Translations under genes and position numbers: made by a program
Assembly (NCBI GenBank): GCA_037128175.1
Contig: JBAXWY010000038.1
Span: 1 to 26,913, forward strand
Source: Methanothrix sp.
Lineage (GTDB): Archaea; Halobacteriota; Methanosarcinia; Methanotrichales; Methanotrichaceae
Direction of reading: 5' to 3'
Length of the DNA: 26,913 bases
The notes under the pieces: model-generated
Database searches by the model: none
What the model saw: the letters and a program-made list of their open reading frames with translations, nothing else
Told to the model about the DNA's origin: nothing
Shown here: positions 16,910-26,859 of the stretch, one piece after another
How positions within the stretch are numbered: the stretch's first letter is position 1
How the letters are laid out: each line of letters starts with the position of its first letter

Positions 16910-17371
16910 CTAGACAAACTCTATGGCCTTGCTCGGACAGGTCGCTGTGCAGGCATTGCAGAGGGTCTTGTTCGGCCCGAAGCGCCGGCATTCTTTGAGG
17001 TTGTTGGCCACCACCACTCCGTCTTCCACGCGCAAGATGACCTTTTCGCTCTCTGGGCCCAGACCCACCGCACAGCGTGTGGGCTCCGCGGCCACATTAA
17101 CGGGACAGGCGACAACGCAGTTACCGCAGCCAAAGCACCTCTCCGGATGTATGATCAGGCCGGTCTCCGAGGCGTTCTCAATGGGTGCCATCACCTCTCG
17201 CAGCTTTTTCAGCTTGGCCTCGTACTTCTTCTCTTCAATTAAGGGAGTACACTCATCGACCTTCTTCTCCCGGCCCAAAAGGCCCACGGCAAAAGCCATG
17301 CAGGTGGGAAGCCCGCACTTCTTGCAGTTGGTCTTGGGCAAAAGCATATAGATCTCCATGGCGCCGACCAT
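16910..17371 (-). CDS. fwdG: FwdG-like ferredoxin with an N-terminal Fe-S domain
   Basis: LPKTNCKKCG..TCMAFA domain, CFGCGNC...CP and C..C...CP; ATG 17371 follows GAGG. Confidence 0.8.
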   Translation of the reverse strand: MVGAMEIYMLLPKTNCKKCGLPTCMAFAVGLLGREKKVDECTPLIEEKKYEAKLKKLREVMAPIENASETGLIIHPERCFGCGNCVVACPVNVAAEPTRCAVGLGPESEKVILRVEDGVVVANNLKECRRFGPNKTLCNACTATCPSKAIEFV

Positions 17372-17464
17372 AACCAGAACCTCAATTTTGGGAAAGATTT
17401 GCATCAATTATATTTATGGGCTGCGCAAACCTTTTCATAGTTCTTGAATCAAAAGGTTGTTCTA

Positions 17465-19204
17465 ATGCCTTTCAGGAATCCCATGGCCCTTCTGGGGCTC
17501 CTCTCCATAATTCCCCTGATAATAATATACCTTATCCGTCCCCGTCCCAAGGAGATCCGCTTCTCCGCCACGCAGTTCCTGCGAGAGGGTGAGGTGGAGC
17601 GCTCCGCCGTGCTCAGCCGTTTGATCAACGACCCCCTCTTCTGGGTGCAGCTGCTGGTGCTTCTCTCTTTGTCCGTCGCGGCGGCCGGACCATTCACCAC
17701 TGAAACCGGGCTGGCCAGCAGTCATCTCGTGGTGGTCCTGGACAGCTCGGCCAGCATGCAGGCCAGCTCCCGCGCTTTGCCGTTGATCGATCCCTACCTT
17801 GACAGATACCAGAGGATCAGCATCGTGCTGGCGGGAGCCATGCCGTTGACAGCTCTTTCGGAGGGCAGTCCCACCGAGGCCAGGGACGCTCTGCAGCGGC
17901 AGCAGCCCAAGGCAGTCTCTGCCGATCTCTCCAGCGCCATGACGCTGGCCGGCAGCTTGCTGGCGGGCGAAGGCGGCCACATGCTGGTGGTCTCGGATTT
18001 CATAAGCTGGATAGGCGACGATCCCGATGCCACCCGCAAGATTCTGCAGGCAGACGGGCGGGTGAGCATTGTCTTTGCCGACTGCTACCAGGGGGGCGAT
18101 AACCTGGCCCTGGTGGAGGCCTGGGATGTGCCGGGACCGGGATATGTCAACCACACGGCTCTCGTGCATAACTATGGCCCGGCAAGAGTGGTTCCCATTA
18201 CTATCCGCGGCCCGAGTGGCGCCGACAGCCGCACGGTGCAGATGGCTTCTGGAGGGGACGACTATCTCTCTTTTACGGCTTACCCTGGAGTCAATGAGAT
18301 CTCTTTGGACCAGGAGGATGCCGTCGCCTGGGACAATCATGCCTACGTTTATGTTCCCGACCTGGCCCAGAAGAGGGTTCTTTACCTGGGTGAAGAGGGA
18401 CCGGCCCTGGCAGCTCTTCGCTCTCTGCCCAATGTTAAGGTGGAGACCTCCGGCGAATTCAATAGCTTCGACTTGATCGTGGTGGCCAGGAATGCCTCAC
18501 TGGACGGCAAGCTCAATCGTTACATCGATGGCGGAAGGGTGATATTCATCGCCTCTGACCAGGAGAGCCCCGAGTACCTGCCCGTTCGCGTGACGGGCGA
18601 GCAGGCAGGTCCGGCCAGCCTCTGGGTTCGTAGTGAGGGCTTTGCCAAAGGCGTGCACTTCGATGAGATCGGTCTTTTCCGTTTTCCAGAGGCCGTATCC
18701 CGAAAGGGCTCCACCACATTAGTCGAGGCCAATGGCCAACCCATCCTCTCCTACTGGCGCCTGGGAAAGGGCATGGTGATTTACAGCGGCCTGGAGATGG
18801 ATTCCGATTTCTATCTGCGTCCGGAATATCCCATCTTCTGGTATCAGATGGTGAACTGGATCACAGGTGTACCGGACATAATCGAGGCCAATAGGAAGAC
18901 GGGCGAGATAATCCATCTGGGCGAAACGACCCCTGTAGAAACGCCTTCTACAAGCCTTGCCGCCAGCACTCTGCTGCTGGACGAGGTGGGTGTCTATCGC
19001 TTCTCGGGAAAGGCGGTGGCTGCCAATATGTATGATCCCCAAGAGTCCTCCCTGCAAAGGAAAAATGGTGTTGATGCGGGGGCATTTTTAGCCGAAAGCA
19101 GGGAAACTATAGTGGAAACGGACCTCTCCAACTGGATCATTGCACTCGCGGCTCTGGCCATCCTTCTGGAGCTGGCCATTATGCGAAGGAGGAGAGAGAC
19201 ATGA
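17465..19204 (+). CDS. BatA-domain / vWA membrane protein
   Basis: N-terminal F.NP..LL.L...P.II.YL.RP, DSSAS MIDAS motif, VSDF, C-terminal TM. Confidence 0.9.
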   Translation: MPFRNPMALLGLLSIIPLIIIYLIRPRPKEIRFSATQFLREGEVERSAVLSRLINDPLFWVQLLVLLSLSVAAAGPFTTETGLASSHLVVVLDSSASMQASSRALPLIDPYLDRYQRISIVLAGAMPLTALSEGSPTEARDALQRQQPKAVSADLSSAMTLAGSLLAGEGGHMLVVSDFISWIGDDPDATRKILQADGRVSIVFADCYQGGDNLALVEAWDVPGPGYVNHTALVHNYGPARVVPITIRGPSGADSRTVQMASGGDDYLSFTAYPGVNEISLDQEDAVAWDNHAYVYVPDLAQKRVLYLGEEGPALAALRSLPNVKVETSGEFNSFDLIVVARNASLDGKLNRYIDGGRVIFIASDQESPEYLPVRVTGEQAGPASLWVRSEGFAKGVHFDEIGLFRFPEAVSRKGSTTLVEANGQPILSYWRLGKGMVIYSGLEMDSDFYLRPEYPIFWYQMVNWITGVPDIIEANRKTGEIIHLGETTPVETPSTSLAASTLLLDEVGVYRFSGKAVAANMYDPQESSLQRKNGVDAGAFLAESRETIVETDLSNWIIALAALAILLELAIMRRRRET

Positions 19205-21561
19205 TCCTGGATCTTTATTTTGCCACACCAGAGTTGCTCTGGGCCATTCCATTTATCTTGCTCTTAGGTGCGGTCATCATTCGCAAAAGAGCTAAGAACA
19301 GGCTCTTTGCCGTCTCAAGGCTTCTCGCCTTTTGCCTGATCATAGCAGCTTTCGCCAATCCCTATTTTGTCGAGCTGCATACCGTCCAATCGCAAAAACC
19401 CAGCATCACCATCCTGGATGATATGACCGGATCTATGGGCATCTTTGACCCCGATGTCACGGCGCGGGTGAAAAACTTTGTAGACGCACCAGCGCGCACC
19501 TTCTCCGGGGATGCTACGCCTCTGGGCGACAGAATCGTGCAGTACGCCCTGCCTGGCAGCACTCTTCTCTTGGTAACGGACGGCTACAGCAATAGCGGTC
19601 GCCCTCTGGCTGATGCCCTGGCACTGGCGCGAGCCTCCAATACCACGACCTTTGCCCTCTCTCTCGCCCCCCAGAGAGATGATGCGGGCGTGGAGATATC
19701 CGGGACGAACACCGCCGTCCTGGCCGGGGATTATCCCTTCAAGGTGTTGGTGCGTTCATCGAGAAGCTACCAGGGGCCTCTTTCCGTCTTTGCCGACGAC
19801 AAACTGATCTACAGCGACACGATCGTGGCCAACAGCAGCGCGTCCATCAAGATATCCCATTCCTTCCTGGAGACGGGAAACCATATTCTGCGAGCGACTA
19901 TTGCCCCGGACGGGCAGCCCATAAACGATAACTATCAAAAGGCAGTCTATGTCGTCCCCAAGCCACAGGTTCTGCTTATCTCCAGTGGCAACTCGCCCTT
20001 AGCTACGAATCTCAATGATCTTTACAAGCTGACGCTCGTTTCCGAGCTTCCAGGCCAGCTAAAGGGCTATAAGGCCGTAGTGCTCGATGACATCAGATAC
20101 AATTCCAATCTGGATCAACTGCAAGGTTATGTGCGCGAAGGCGGTGGGCTGGTAGTAGTAGGGGGCGAAGATGCCTATGACCTGGGCGATTACCGTAACT
20201 CCAGCCTGGAGGAAATTTTGCCGGTGCGCTCTATGCCCAGCATCTTCGAAGGCGGCAAGACGCTCATCTTCGTGCTGGATATCTCCTTCTCCCTGCTCAC
20301 CACGCGCGCGGGGGATGGCACGCCTCTGCTCGACTACGAGAAGGCTCTGGCGGTGGAGTTGCTCAAATCGCCCCATTTCCAGGACTACAAGGTGGGCCTG
20401 ATTGTATTTGGCACCAAAGCCTACGATGTGCAGGACCCCATTCCCCTGTCCCGAGCAGAGAGCGTTCTAAGGGAAAGGATAACAAGCCTGGCGCCCACTG
20501 GCACAGAGAACAGCTATCTGGATAGCGGTCTAGAGCTAGCCTGGGATATGCTCAATGTCAGCGGCGGCCAGGGTGAATTGGTTATCCTCTCGGACGGAAA
20601 CCTCTACAACTATCCGGAAGTGGTGGCGCGCTCGGTCGCCCTACTTTCCGAGATGAATGTCACCACCCGTCTCGTACAGGTGCAGGCCTTCCCCGGAGCG
20701 ACGGGCAGCTTCGATTATCTAGCCGCCCAGACGGGATCGGACTATTCTGCCTTCGTCTATCCGGACTCGCTCACCACTACGATGCAGGAAACCCCTCCGG
20801 ACATACCGGCAGAGGAAAGTAGCCTCTCCGGATATGCGGTAAATGTGGTCAATAAGAATCACTACATCACCGCCGATCTGAACTTAAACGCTACCGTTAC
20901 CGGCTTTAATGATGTCACGCCCCGTTCTGGTGCCCAGCGTCTGGCGGCTCTGCCCGATGGCAAGAGCGTTTTGACTGTATGGCGCTATGGTCTGGGCCGG
21001 GTGGCGGCGTTTACGGTCGATGATGGCCGTGCCTGGGCAGGCAGGCTATATGCCAGTCCAAGCTCGCAGATGATTTCGTCCACCGTCAATTGGGCGGTAG
21101 GCGATCCGCGCCCCCAGGATGATCGCGTCGAAGCAGACGATGGGTGGCAGGGTACGCCCTTATCTGTCACCATCAGCAGCAATGCGCGCCCCAGCCTTCC
21201 CGATGCAGATGTGGAAAAGGTGGGCGACAATCGATATGTAGCTACATTTATGCCCAATAGTTCTGGCATATACTATATCGGTAGTTATGGCCTGGCGGTC
21301 AACTATCCCCTGGAGTACCGAGATATAGGCTTTAATCCTGAGCTTTCCCGGCTGATCATGGCCAATGGCGGAAAGATCTTCAGCGAAGATGAGGCCCGCC
21401 AAAGCCTGGTGGTCGAAGCTTCCCGTGTCAGCCAGAGAACCGTGCAGGAGAGGCTATCACATAGAGACCTTCTGCTGCTCTTGGCCCTACTGGTATTCCT
21501 GGCAGAAATACTGTACCGAAAAATGGAGGAGATGCGTAGAAGAGGTCGATTTCGTGCATGA
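19201..21561 (+). CDS. vWA-domain membrane protein with a GATase-like domain
   Basis: Two vWA-like units (D.TGS..TDG; DISFS..SDG), YV..GGGLVV.GG..LEEILPV and W.YGLGRV; ATGA overlap with the upstream gene. Confidence 0.9.
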   Translation: MILDLYFATPELLWAIPFILLLGAVIIRKRAKNRLFAVSRLLAFCLIIAAFANPYFVELHTVQSQKPSITILDDMTGSMGIFDPDVTARVKNFVDAPARTFSGDATPLGDRIVQYALPGSTLLLVTDGYSNSGRPLADALALARASNTTTFALSLAPQRDDAGVEISGTNTAVLAGDYPFKVLVRSSRSYQGPLSVFADDKLIYSDTIVANSSASIKISHSFLETGNHILRATIAPDGQPINDNYQKAVYVVPKPQVLLISSGNSPLATNLNDLYKLTLVSELPGQLKGYKAVVLDDIRYNSNLDQLQGYVREGGGLVVVGGEDAYDLGDYRNSSLEEILPVRSMPSIFEGGKTLIFVLDISFSLLTTRAGDGTPLLDYEKALAVELLKSPHFQDYKVGLIVFGTKAYDVQDPIPLSRAESVLRERITSLAPTGTENSYLDSGLELAWDMLNVSGGQGELVILSDGNLYNYPEVVARSVALLSEMNVTTRLVQVQAFPGATGSFDYLAAQTGSDYSAFVYPDSLTTTMQETPPDIPAEESSLSGYAVNVVNKNHYITADLNLNATVTGFNDVTPRSGAQRLAALPDGKSVLTVWRYGLGRVAAFTVDDGRAWAGRLYASPSSQMISSTVNWAVGDPRPQDDRVEADDGWQGTPLSVTISSNARPSLPDADVEKVGDNRYVATFMPNSSGIYYIGSYGLAVNYPLEYRDIGFNPELSRLIMANGGKIFSEDEARQSLVVEASRVSQRTVQERLSHRDLLLLLALLVFLAEILYRKMEEMRRRGRFRA

Positions 21562-21632
21562 AGCCACACCATTAGATTTTAATAGCATAATCAGCTTTAT
21601 CGTTGGTATATTGCGGAGGTAACTGCCACCAA

Positions 21633-21941
21633 ATGAGTTCTCAAATGTGTACCGTCTGTGGCCTTCCCACGGAGCTCTGTATCTGCGAGGAGGTTGCCAA
21701 GGAGCAGCAGAGGATAGCTGTGAAAGTACAGAAGCGCAGGTATGGAAAAGAGGTGACGGTCATCCAAGGCATTGATCCTCATGAGATTGATCTTCAAGAG
21801 CTTTGTACGCATCTCAAATCCAAGCTGGCCTGCGGCGGAACTGTGAAAGAAAGCCTGATCGAGCTGCAGGGCAACCATATTCAAAGGATTAAAGAGATCT
21901 TAGTGAAAAAGGGATTTGGCGCAGATCAAATAAGTACCTGA
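21633..21941 (+). CDS. sui1: Translation initiation factor aIF1 (SUI1/YciH)
   Basis: C..CGLP.ELC.C, RRYGK.VT.I.G, LK..LACGGT and IELQG.H; GGAGGT RBS before ATG 21633. Confidence 0.96.
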   Translation: MSSQMCTVCGLPTELCICEEVAKEQQRIAVKVQKRRYGKEVTVIQGIDPHEIDLQELCTHLKSKLACGGTVKESLIELQGNHIQRIKEILVKKGFGADQIST

Positions 21942-21998
21942 ATCCCCTTAAAACTCTTAAGGTCTGCAGGCTGATCATATCGCTTGCTCATTTTTCTT

Positions 21999-23108
21999 TT
22001 AGTAGATCTCTTCCAAATCCTCGATATGAGCAAAGGCATCGTCTAGCTGTTTTCGGGCTCTGCACCTCTTCTCTTTCTCGTCCTGCATGCCCCGCGCCGC
22101 CTGGGCATAGATGGATTCCAGCTCCGGGGCGCTGGCTACGGTGAAGACCGAGAGCACTTTGGGATTTCCCTTCTTGACCACAATTCCCTTGAATACGTGG
22201 CCTGCGCTGGCAGTGAGCCTCTCCACCTCTTTGGTGATCTCATCTACATCCAGAAGCTCCCGAGAGCCCTGGATGATAATCATGGCTCGGGCGGCGTCGT
22301 CCCCAACATTGGCAGGATAAAGCAAATTGACAGGCTTGAGGCTGTTCTCAATGGCGTCCCTGATGGACAGATTCTTGCTATCGGCCTGATAAAATCCCAT
22401 AGTGCCAATGCGTAGTCCCCCATTCATCACCGTCTTGAAGTCGCCAAGATCAGTTACAGAGAGCATCTCGGAATCCAGAGACTCGATCAAGAATAATAAA
22501 CGTTTGGCGATCATGTTGTTGATCTTATCGTAGGCAGTGGCAATATCGCCGCTAAACCTCTTCATGTACTGGTTGTCGGCCAGGATGATGCCCTCTGCGT
22601 CAACCTCCATCAGCTCCCTCATGCTGAAGGCGGCATTTTGCAGGTAGATCGACCCCTCCTCTCGAGCCGGTAGAACAGCAACCGTGACGACGGTGATATC
22701 TCTGTACTGCCTTTTCAATTCATTTATGAGTAGAGGTGTGAAAGATGAGCCGGTCCCTCCGGATGTTGATGTGATCACAAAGGCGATATCGAAGTCGCCC
22801 CTCTTCTCGATCTCACCCATGATCACGTCGCGATTGTCCATAAAGGCCTGCTTGCCCACATTTCTATTGGCACCCACACCATGCAGATTGGGGACATGCA
22901 GTCTATCTTTGGCCGTGGTAAAACGCAGCTCCTTGAGATCATTTATGGCCGTATTTATGGCTAAAGTCTCCACTCGACTGGGGAACTTGGGGCGCAAATA
23001 ATACTTCGCCAGGTTAGCGGCACCGCCGCCCCCAAATGCTTCCTTATTTATTGCGTCCAGTATTCGATTACCGCACTGGCCTACGCCGAGTATGAGTACG
23101 TTGAGCAT
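21999..23108 (-). CDS. Tubulin/FtsZ superfamily protein (CetZ-like, non-canonical FtsZ)
   Basis: GVGQCGNRI, INTA..DL, GVGAN, SGGTGSS signature, ADN and D.GD T7-loop region. Confidence 0.9.
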   Translation of the reverse strand: MLNVLILGVGQCGNRILDAINKEAFGGGGAANLAKYYLRPKFPSRVETLAINTAINDLKELRFTTAKDRLHVPNLHGVGANRNVGKQAFMDNRDVIMGEIEKRGDFDIAFVITSTSGGTGSSFTPLLINELKRQYRDITVVTVAVLPAREEGSIYLQNAAFSMRELMEVDAEGIILADNQYMKRFSGDIATAYDKINNMIAKRLLFLIESLDSEMLSVTDLGDFKTVMNGGLRIGTMGFYQADSKNLSIRDAIENSLKPVNLLYPANVGDDAARAMIIIQGSRELLDVDEITKEVERLTASAGHVFKGIVVKKGNPKVLSVFTVASAPELESIYAQAARGMQDEKEKRCRARKQLDDAFAHIEDLEEIY

Positions 23109-23159
23109 GACAATCAAATCTCACTGTATATTTCGAATCTCTAAGTATATTTCTCTCCA

Positions 23160-24344
23160 TCAATATTTATACTCTCTGTATCGCCTATACATCCAGGCAA
23201 TGATAATTGCAATTGGGATAATAAGTAGTAGATATTGATATTTATACTCTCGTTCCAGGACAACGACTTCACCTGTGCCCTCACGGATAACGGATCCGTC
23301 TCCACCGTCATAATTGACTTTGAGGTGGATGATGTAGTTGCCTGGGCTTTGCCCCAAGAGACTGGCCGAGTAATTCACCTCTGCACCAGGCATTATCTCA
23401 AAGAAGCTCTTCTCCAGTCCCGTGACCTGCAGGCCCTCAGAGGGTACGACGGTCCCATCCGCTTCTATTCTGCTAGCGGAAGCGGTTCCCAAATTGGAGA
23501 TGCTGATGTTCAGCGTGCTTTCTCCATCCAATGCTATCGGGTTCAAGCTGGCGAGCTTAATGGCCAGATCTGCCTTGCTCCTGGGACTTATCAGAATGTT
23601 AAAAGGCTCCGAGCTATTTGATTTGGCATTCTTCTTTATGTCGGTGTAGCTGACCATTATGGCCGGGACACGGATAGAGCCTTCTTTTACGGCGTTCATC
23701 ACATAGACTGCCGAATCGGACTGCCCGGAGTCTATAGTTTCCTTGATCTTGGGTGGATAGCCTGCGACATAAGAGAACTCTGGAAGGGGCGGTATATCCT
23801 CTGCTTTTATACCCAGAGCCTGTCCCGAGCCGATGTTCTTGACAGTGATGGTGACCTTAACAGCGTCGCCCACGCTCATTTGATTTCGCTCGAAACTTTT
23901 TTGCACAAAAAGCTCCGGCTTATCTAATGCAGGAGCAGGCCTGTCTGAGGCATGCTTCCTGGGCGTTCCCAGGCTCTGGCTGTACTCGACCCTTACCTTA
24001 ACAGACTGCTCGTCGAAAATATCGGCTACGGTAATGGTAATGCCCCGGTTTTCCGCGCCACCATCGAAATTATTGGGGCTGTCCAGCAAGAGGGCTCTTT
24101 GCTCATCTAAGGACCCGCCTACCTTGGAGATCCTCATCACCACCAGTCCATCCCTTACCGACTGTACCTCAATGAGTTCCATCTGATAGTCGCCAAGATC
24201 TATGCGGTCTCCAATATTGAGGGTAAAATCCTTGAAGGCAACCTCATCACTGTTATCTGTGGCTTCTTCGGCATAGTCTGCTTGAATCAAGAGGATGGAG
24301 AATAGCAGATAAACTAAACAAGGCAGATAGATCAGACGCCGCAT
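23160..24344 (-). CDS. Membrane-anchored surface protein with Ig-like (BatD/CARDB/S-layer-type) domains
   Basis: Signal peptide, V.K......VGD.V.VTITVKN.G repeats, C-terminal TM with a basic tail; AGGTG RBS. Confidence 0.85.
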   Translation of the reverse strand: MRRLIYLPCLVYLLFSILLIQADYAEEATDNSDEVAFKDFTLNIGDRIDLGDYQMELIEVQSVRDGLVVMRISKVGGSLDEQRALLLDSPNNFDGGAENRGITITVADIFDEQSVKVRVEYSQSLGTPRKHASDRPAPALDKPELFVQKSFERNQMSVGDAVKVTITVKNIGSGQALGIKAEDIPPLPEFSYVAGYPPKIKETIDSGQSDSAVYVMNAVKEGSIRVPAIMVSYTDIKKNAKSNSSEPFNILISPRSKADLAIKLASLNPIALDGESTLNISISNLGTASASRIEADGTVVPSEGLQVTGLEKSFFEIMPGAEVNYSASLLGQSPGNYIIHLKVNYDGGDGSVIREGTGEVVVLEREYKYQYLLLIIPIAIIIAWMYRRYREYKY

Positions 24345-24397
24345 CTTGGGAACACCTTTCTCTATACGATATATTCTTTTTCAATTTGAATTTATCT

Positions 24398-25231
24398 CTA
24401 TTTGATCTTATCTTCTAGTTCGATCTCCAGGCTTAAATCGATCCATCGGGCGTTTCTGGTAAGAGCCCCCAATGATATCACATCCACTCCGCAGCCGGCA
24501 TATTCCTGGATATTATCAAGCGTTATGCCACCGGAGGCCTCCAGAAGTATGCGATCTTTAAGGCCCTTTTCCGTAAGCTGCTCGACTCCCCGGGCAATCT
24601 CCTCCGGAGCCATATTATCGAACATGATGATATCTGCGCCGCCTTTCGCAGCTTTGATCATGTCACCCTGGCTCTCAACCTCCACCTCGATCTTCTTGGT
24701 GAAACTGGCGCGCTCCTTGGCGCGGCGCAGGCATTCCTCCAGGCCCAAGATTTTTATGTGGTTGTCCTTGATGAGAACGGCATCGGAGAGATTGAACCGG
24801 TGCGTGTCCCCCCCACCTAAAAAGACGGCCTTCTTCTCGAATACGCGAAAGCCCGGGGTGGTCTTGCGAGTCGCGGCAATGCGCACCCGCCCCCCTGCGG
24901 AAAGAACGCACTCACGGGTTAATGTGGAGATGCCGCTCATGCGCGCCATGAAGTTCAATACCAATCTCTCTGCTTGCAGGATGGCTCTGGCACTTCCGCA
25001 GACAGAGATAACCCGGCCCCCGGCGGGCACATACTCGCCGTCATCGTAAAGAGGCGCGGCAGAAAGACGGAAATATGCAAAAATTTCCGCTGCCTCGGCC
25101 AGACCGGAGATGATGCAGTCCTCGTTGGCGATGATGACGGCCTTTGCCCCAATATCAGGAACGAGACTGCTGGAGTCGTCCCACTCGCCCAGGTCCTCGC
25201 CCACAAATCTCTCCAGCTCTGAGGTTAGCAT
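24398..25231 (-). CDS. nadC: Quinolinate phosphoribosyltransferase
   Basis: EDLG..D, TRKTTPG, HR..LSD..LIKDNH, EVE, DN and SGGI motifs; ATG 25231 is the likely start. Confidence 0.97.
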   Translation of the reverse strand: MLTSELERFVGEDLGEWDDSSSLVPDIGAKAVIIANEDCIISGLAEAAEIFAYFRLSAAPLYDDGEYVPAGGRVISVCGSARAILQAERLVLNFMARMSGISTLTRECVLSAGGRVRIAATRKTTPGFRVFEKKAVFLGGGDTHRFNLSDAVLIKDNHIKILGLEECLRRAKERASFTKKIEVEVESQGDMIKAAKGGADIIMFDNMAPEEIARGVEQLTEKGLKDRILLEASGGITLDNIQEYAGCGVDVISLGALTRNARWIDLSLEIELEDKIK

Positions 25232-25271
25232 ACCGCAAAGATTTTGATGTCCAATTGATTTATAGCCTCCG
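25232..25271. promoter_or_regulatory. 40-bp divergent promoter between nadC and nadX
   Basis: Minus-strand TATAAA (25264-25259) about 30 nt before the nadC ATG; AAAGATTTTGA about 25-35 nt before the nadX ATG. Confidence 0.5.
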
Positions 25272-26084
25272 ATGCCTATCAAGATCGGGCTTGTTGGGTG
25301 CGGCGCTATTGGGGCCGAGATTGCAAAAGCAGTTGACTCCGGTGCGTTAGACGCTAATTTAGTTGCGGTATGCGATCATAATCCGGAAACAGCGGTGGAG
25401 CTGATCGACAGCTTGCAGCATAAGCCGGCGAGGGTCAAATTGGAGGAGCTGGTGGCCCTCTCTGATGTGGTAGTGGAGGCGGCCAGCCAGAAGGCCGTTC
25501 CTGCCATTGCCAGGGCCGCGCTGGCAGCGGGAAAGAAGCTGATGATCATGAGCGTGGGGGCTTTCGCGGACAGGGAGTTCTTTGCCGAGGTGAAGGCCCT
25601 GGCCAAGGAGCACGGCTCGCGGGTTTATCTGCCGTCGGGAGCGATATCGGGCCTGGACGGCCTTAAGTCCGCCAGCATTGGCGCCATTCGCAGCGTGACT
25701 CTCACCACCACCAAAAATCCCGGCGGGCTGAAGGGCGCGCCCTACATCGTGGAAAATAAGATCGACCTGGATCTGCTCGCGGGGCCGACGTTGATCTTTG
25801 AGGGAAGCGCGCTGCAGGCCGTGAGGGCTTTTCCGGCCAATGTCAATGTGGCCGCCACCCTTTTCCTGGCCGCCGGGGAGGGCGAAGTGCACGTTAAGAT
25901 CGTCGCGGATCCGGGCATTCATGTAAACCGGCACGAGATCGTGGTGGTGGGCGACTTTGGGCGGATCTCGACCCTGGTAGAGAATGTTCCTTCGCCTCGA
26001 AATCCCAAGACCAGCTATCTGGCGGCGTTATCCGCCATAGCTACATTGCGATCCATTGTGGAGCCGGTGAAGATAGGGACGTGA
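25272..26084 (+). CDS. nadX: L-aspartate dehydrogenase
   Basis: GCGAIG, EAAS, SVGA, SGAI.GLD, FPANVNVAA and NP.TS.LAALS. Confidence 0.97.
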   Translation: MPIKIGLVGCGAIGAEIAKAVDSGALDANLVAVCDHNPETAVELIDSLQHKPARVKLEELVALSDVVVEAASQKAVPAIARAALAAGKKLMIMSVGAFADREFFAEVKALAKEHGSRVYLPSGAISGLDGLKSASIGAIRSVTLTTTKNPGGLKGAPYIVENKIDLDLLAGPTLIFEGSALQAVRAFPANVNVAATLFLAAGEGEVHVKIVADPGIHVNRHEIVVVGDFGRISTLVENVPSPRNPKTSYLAALSAIATLRSIVEPVKIGT

Positions 26085-26124
26085 TGGCTAAATTATGGCA
26101 CTTCGCTATTTCCAGTTGTTAGTT

Positions 26125-26859
26125 AGCGGTCGTAACGAAATAACCTAGGTATATTCATATATTTTATTTTGGCTTAATTGTATAATTCCATTCTTCGTGA
26201 AATTTCTCAATTGTTAGGTTTATTTCTTTTAATTCATTGTCAGATATCTTAATGCCTTTTCGGTAGACTTTTTTATCAATGCCACACTCTACATGAAGCC
26301 CTTTTTGGGTAGTAGTAGCTGCAATGAGATTTACTATGACTTCGTGGCTAATTAATGGCTTGCCTCTCCAGTTTTGGGTGATGAATGAAAATAGTTTATG
26401 CTCTATCTTATTCCACTTGCTTGTTCCTGGTGGAAAATGAGATACTGAGATCTCCAATCCAGAATCGTCTGCAAGTTTCTGAAGTTCAACTTTCCACAAT
26501 CGAGCTCGATAGCCATTAGAACCGCCGGAATCTGCCGTAATTAGAAGCTTGTGGGCATCTGGATAAGCGATTTTTCCCATTGTATTCCACCATTGCCGTA
26601 TACTTTCTACTGCAAAAGCTGATGTGTCGTGATCGGTTCCTACACCGACCCAACCTTCATTGCGTGAAATGTCATAAACTCCATAGGGATTTACTTTTCC
26701 CAAAGCTGGTATTTTAAAATCATGAACAAACACTTTCACAGGATTGCCTTTCAGGTGAAATTCACGTCCCCCATTCTTAAAATTTCCAACAAGCTCTTTC
26801 TTTTTTGTATCCACAGATATTACAGGTTGTCCATATTTTTTAAATAATTTAGTTTTATT
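26125..26859 (-). mobile_element. ISAzo13-family element, 5'-truncated by another IS
   Basis: The frame reads QPVISVDTKKKELVG..HDF..PYGVYD..HDT..FAVESI..WW..ITADSGGSNG..PPGTSKWNKIEH..WNYTI and is open up to 26859. Putative right end GTTATTTCGTTACGACCGCT at 26144-26125. Confidence 0.93.

Noticed and set aside
17465-21561. vWA pair without adjacent MoxR/DUF58 as a novel system
   Set aside because: A common archaeal module; the partners are probably encoded elsewhere in the genome.
13727-25934. Many long antisense or alternate-frame ORFs over core genes
   Set aside because: Shadow ORFs caused by GC-rich codon bias opposite well-supported genes.
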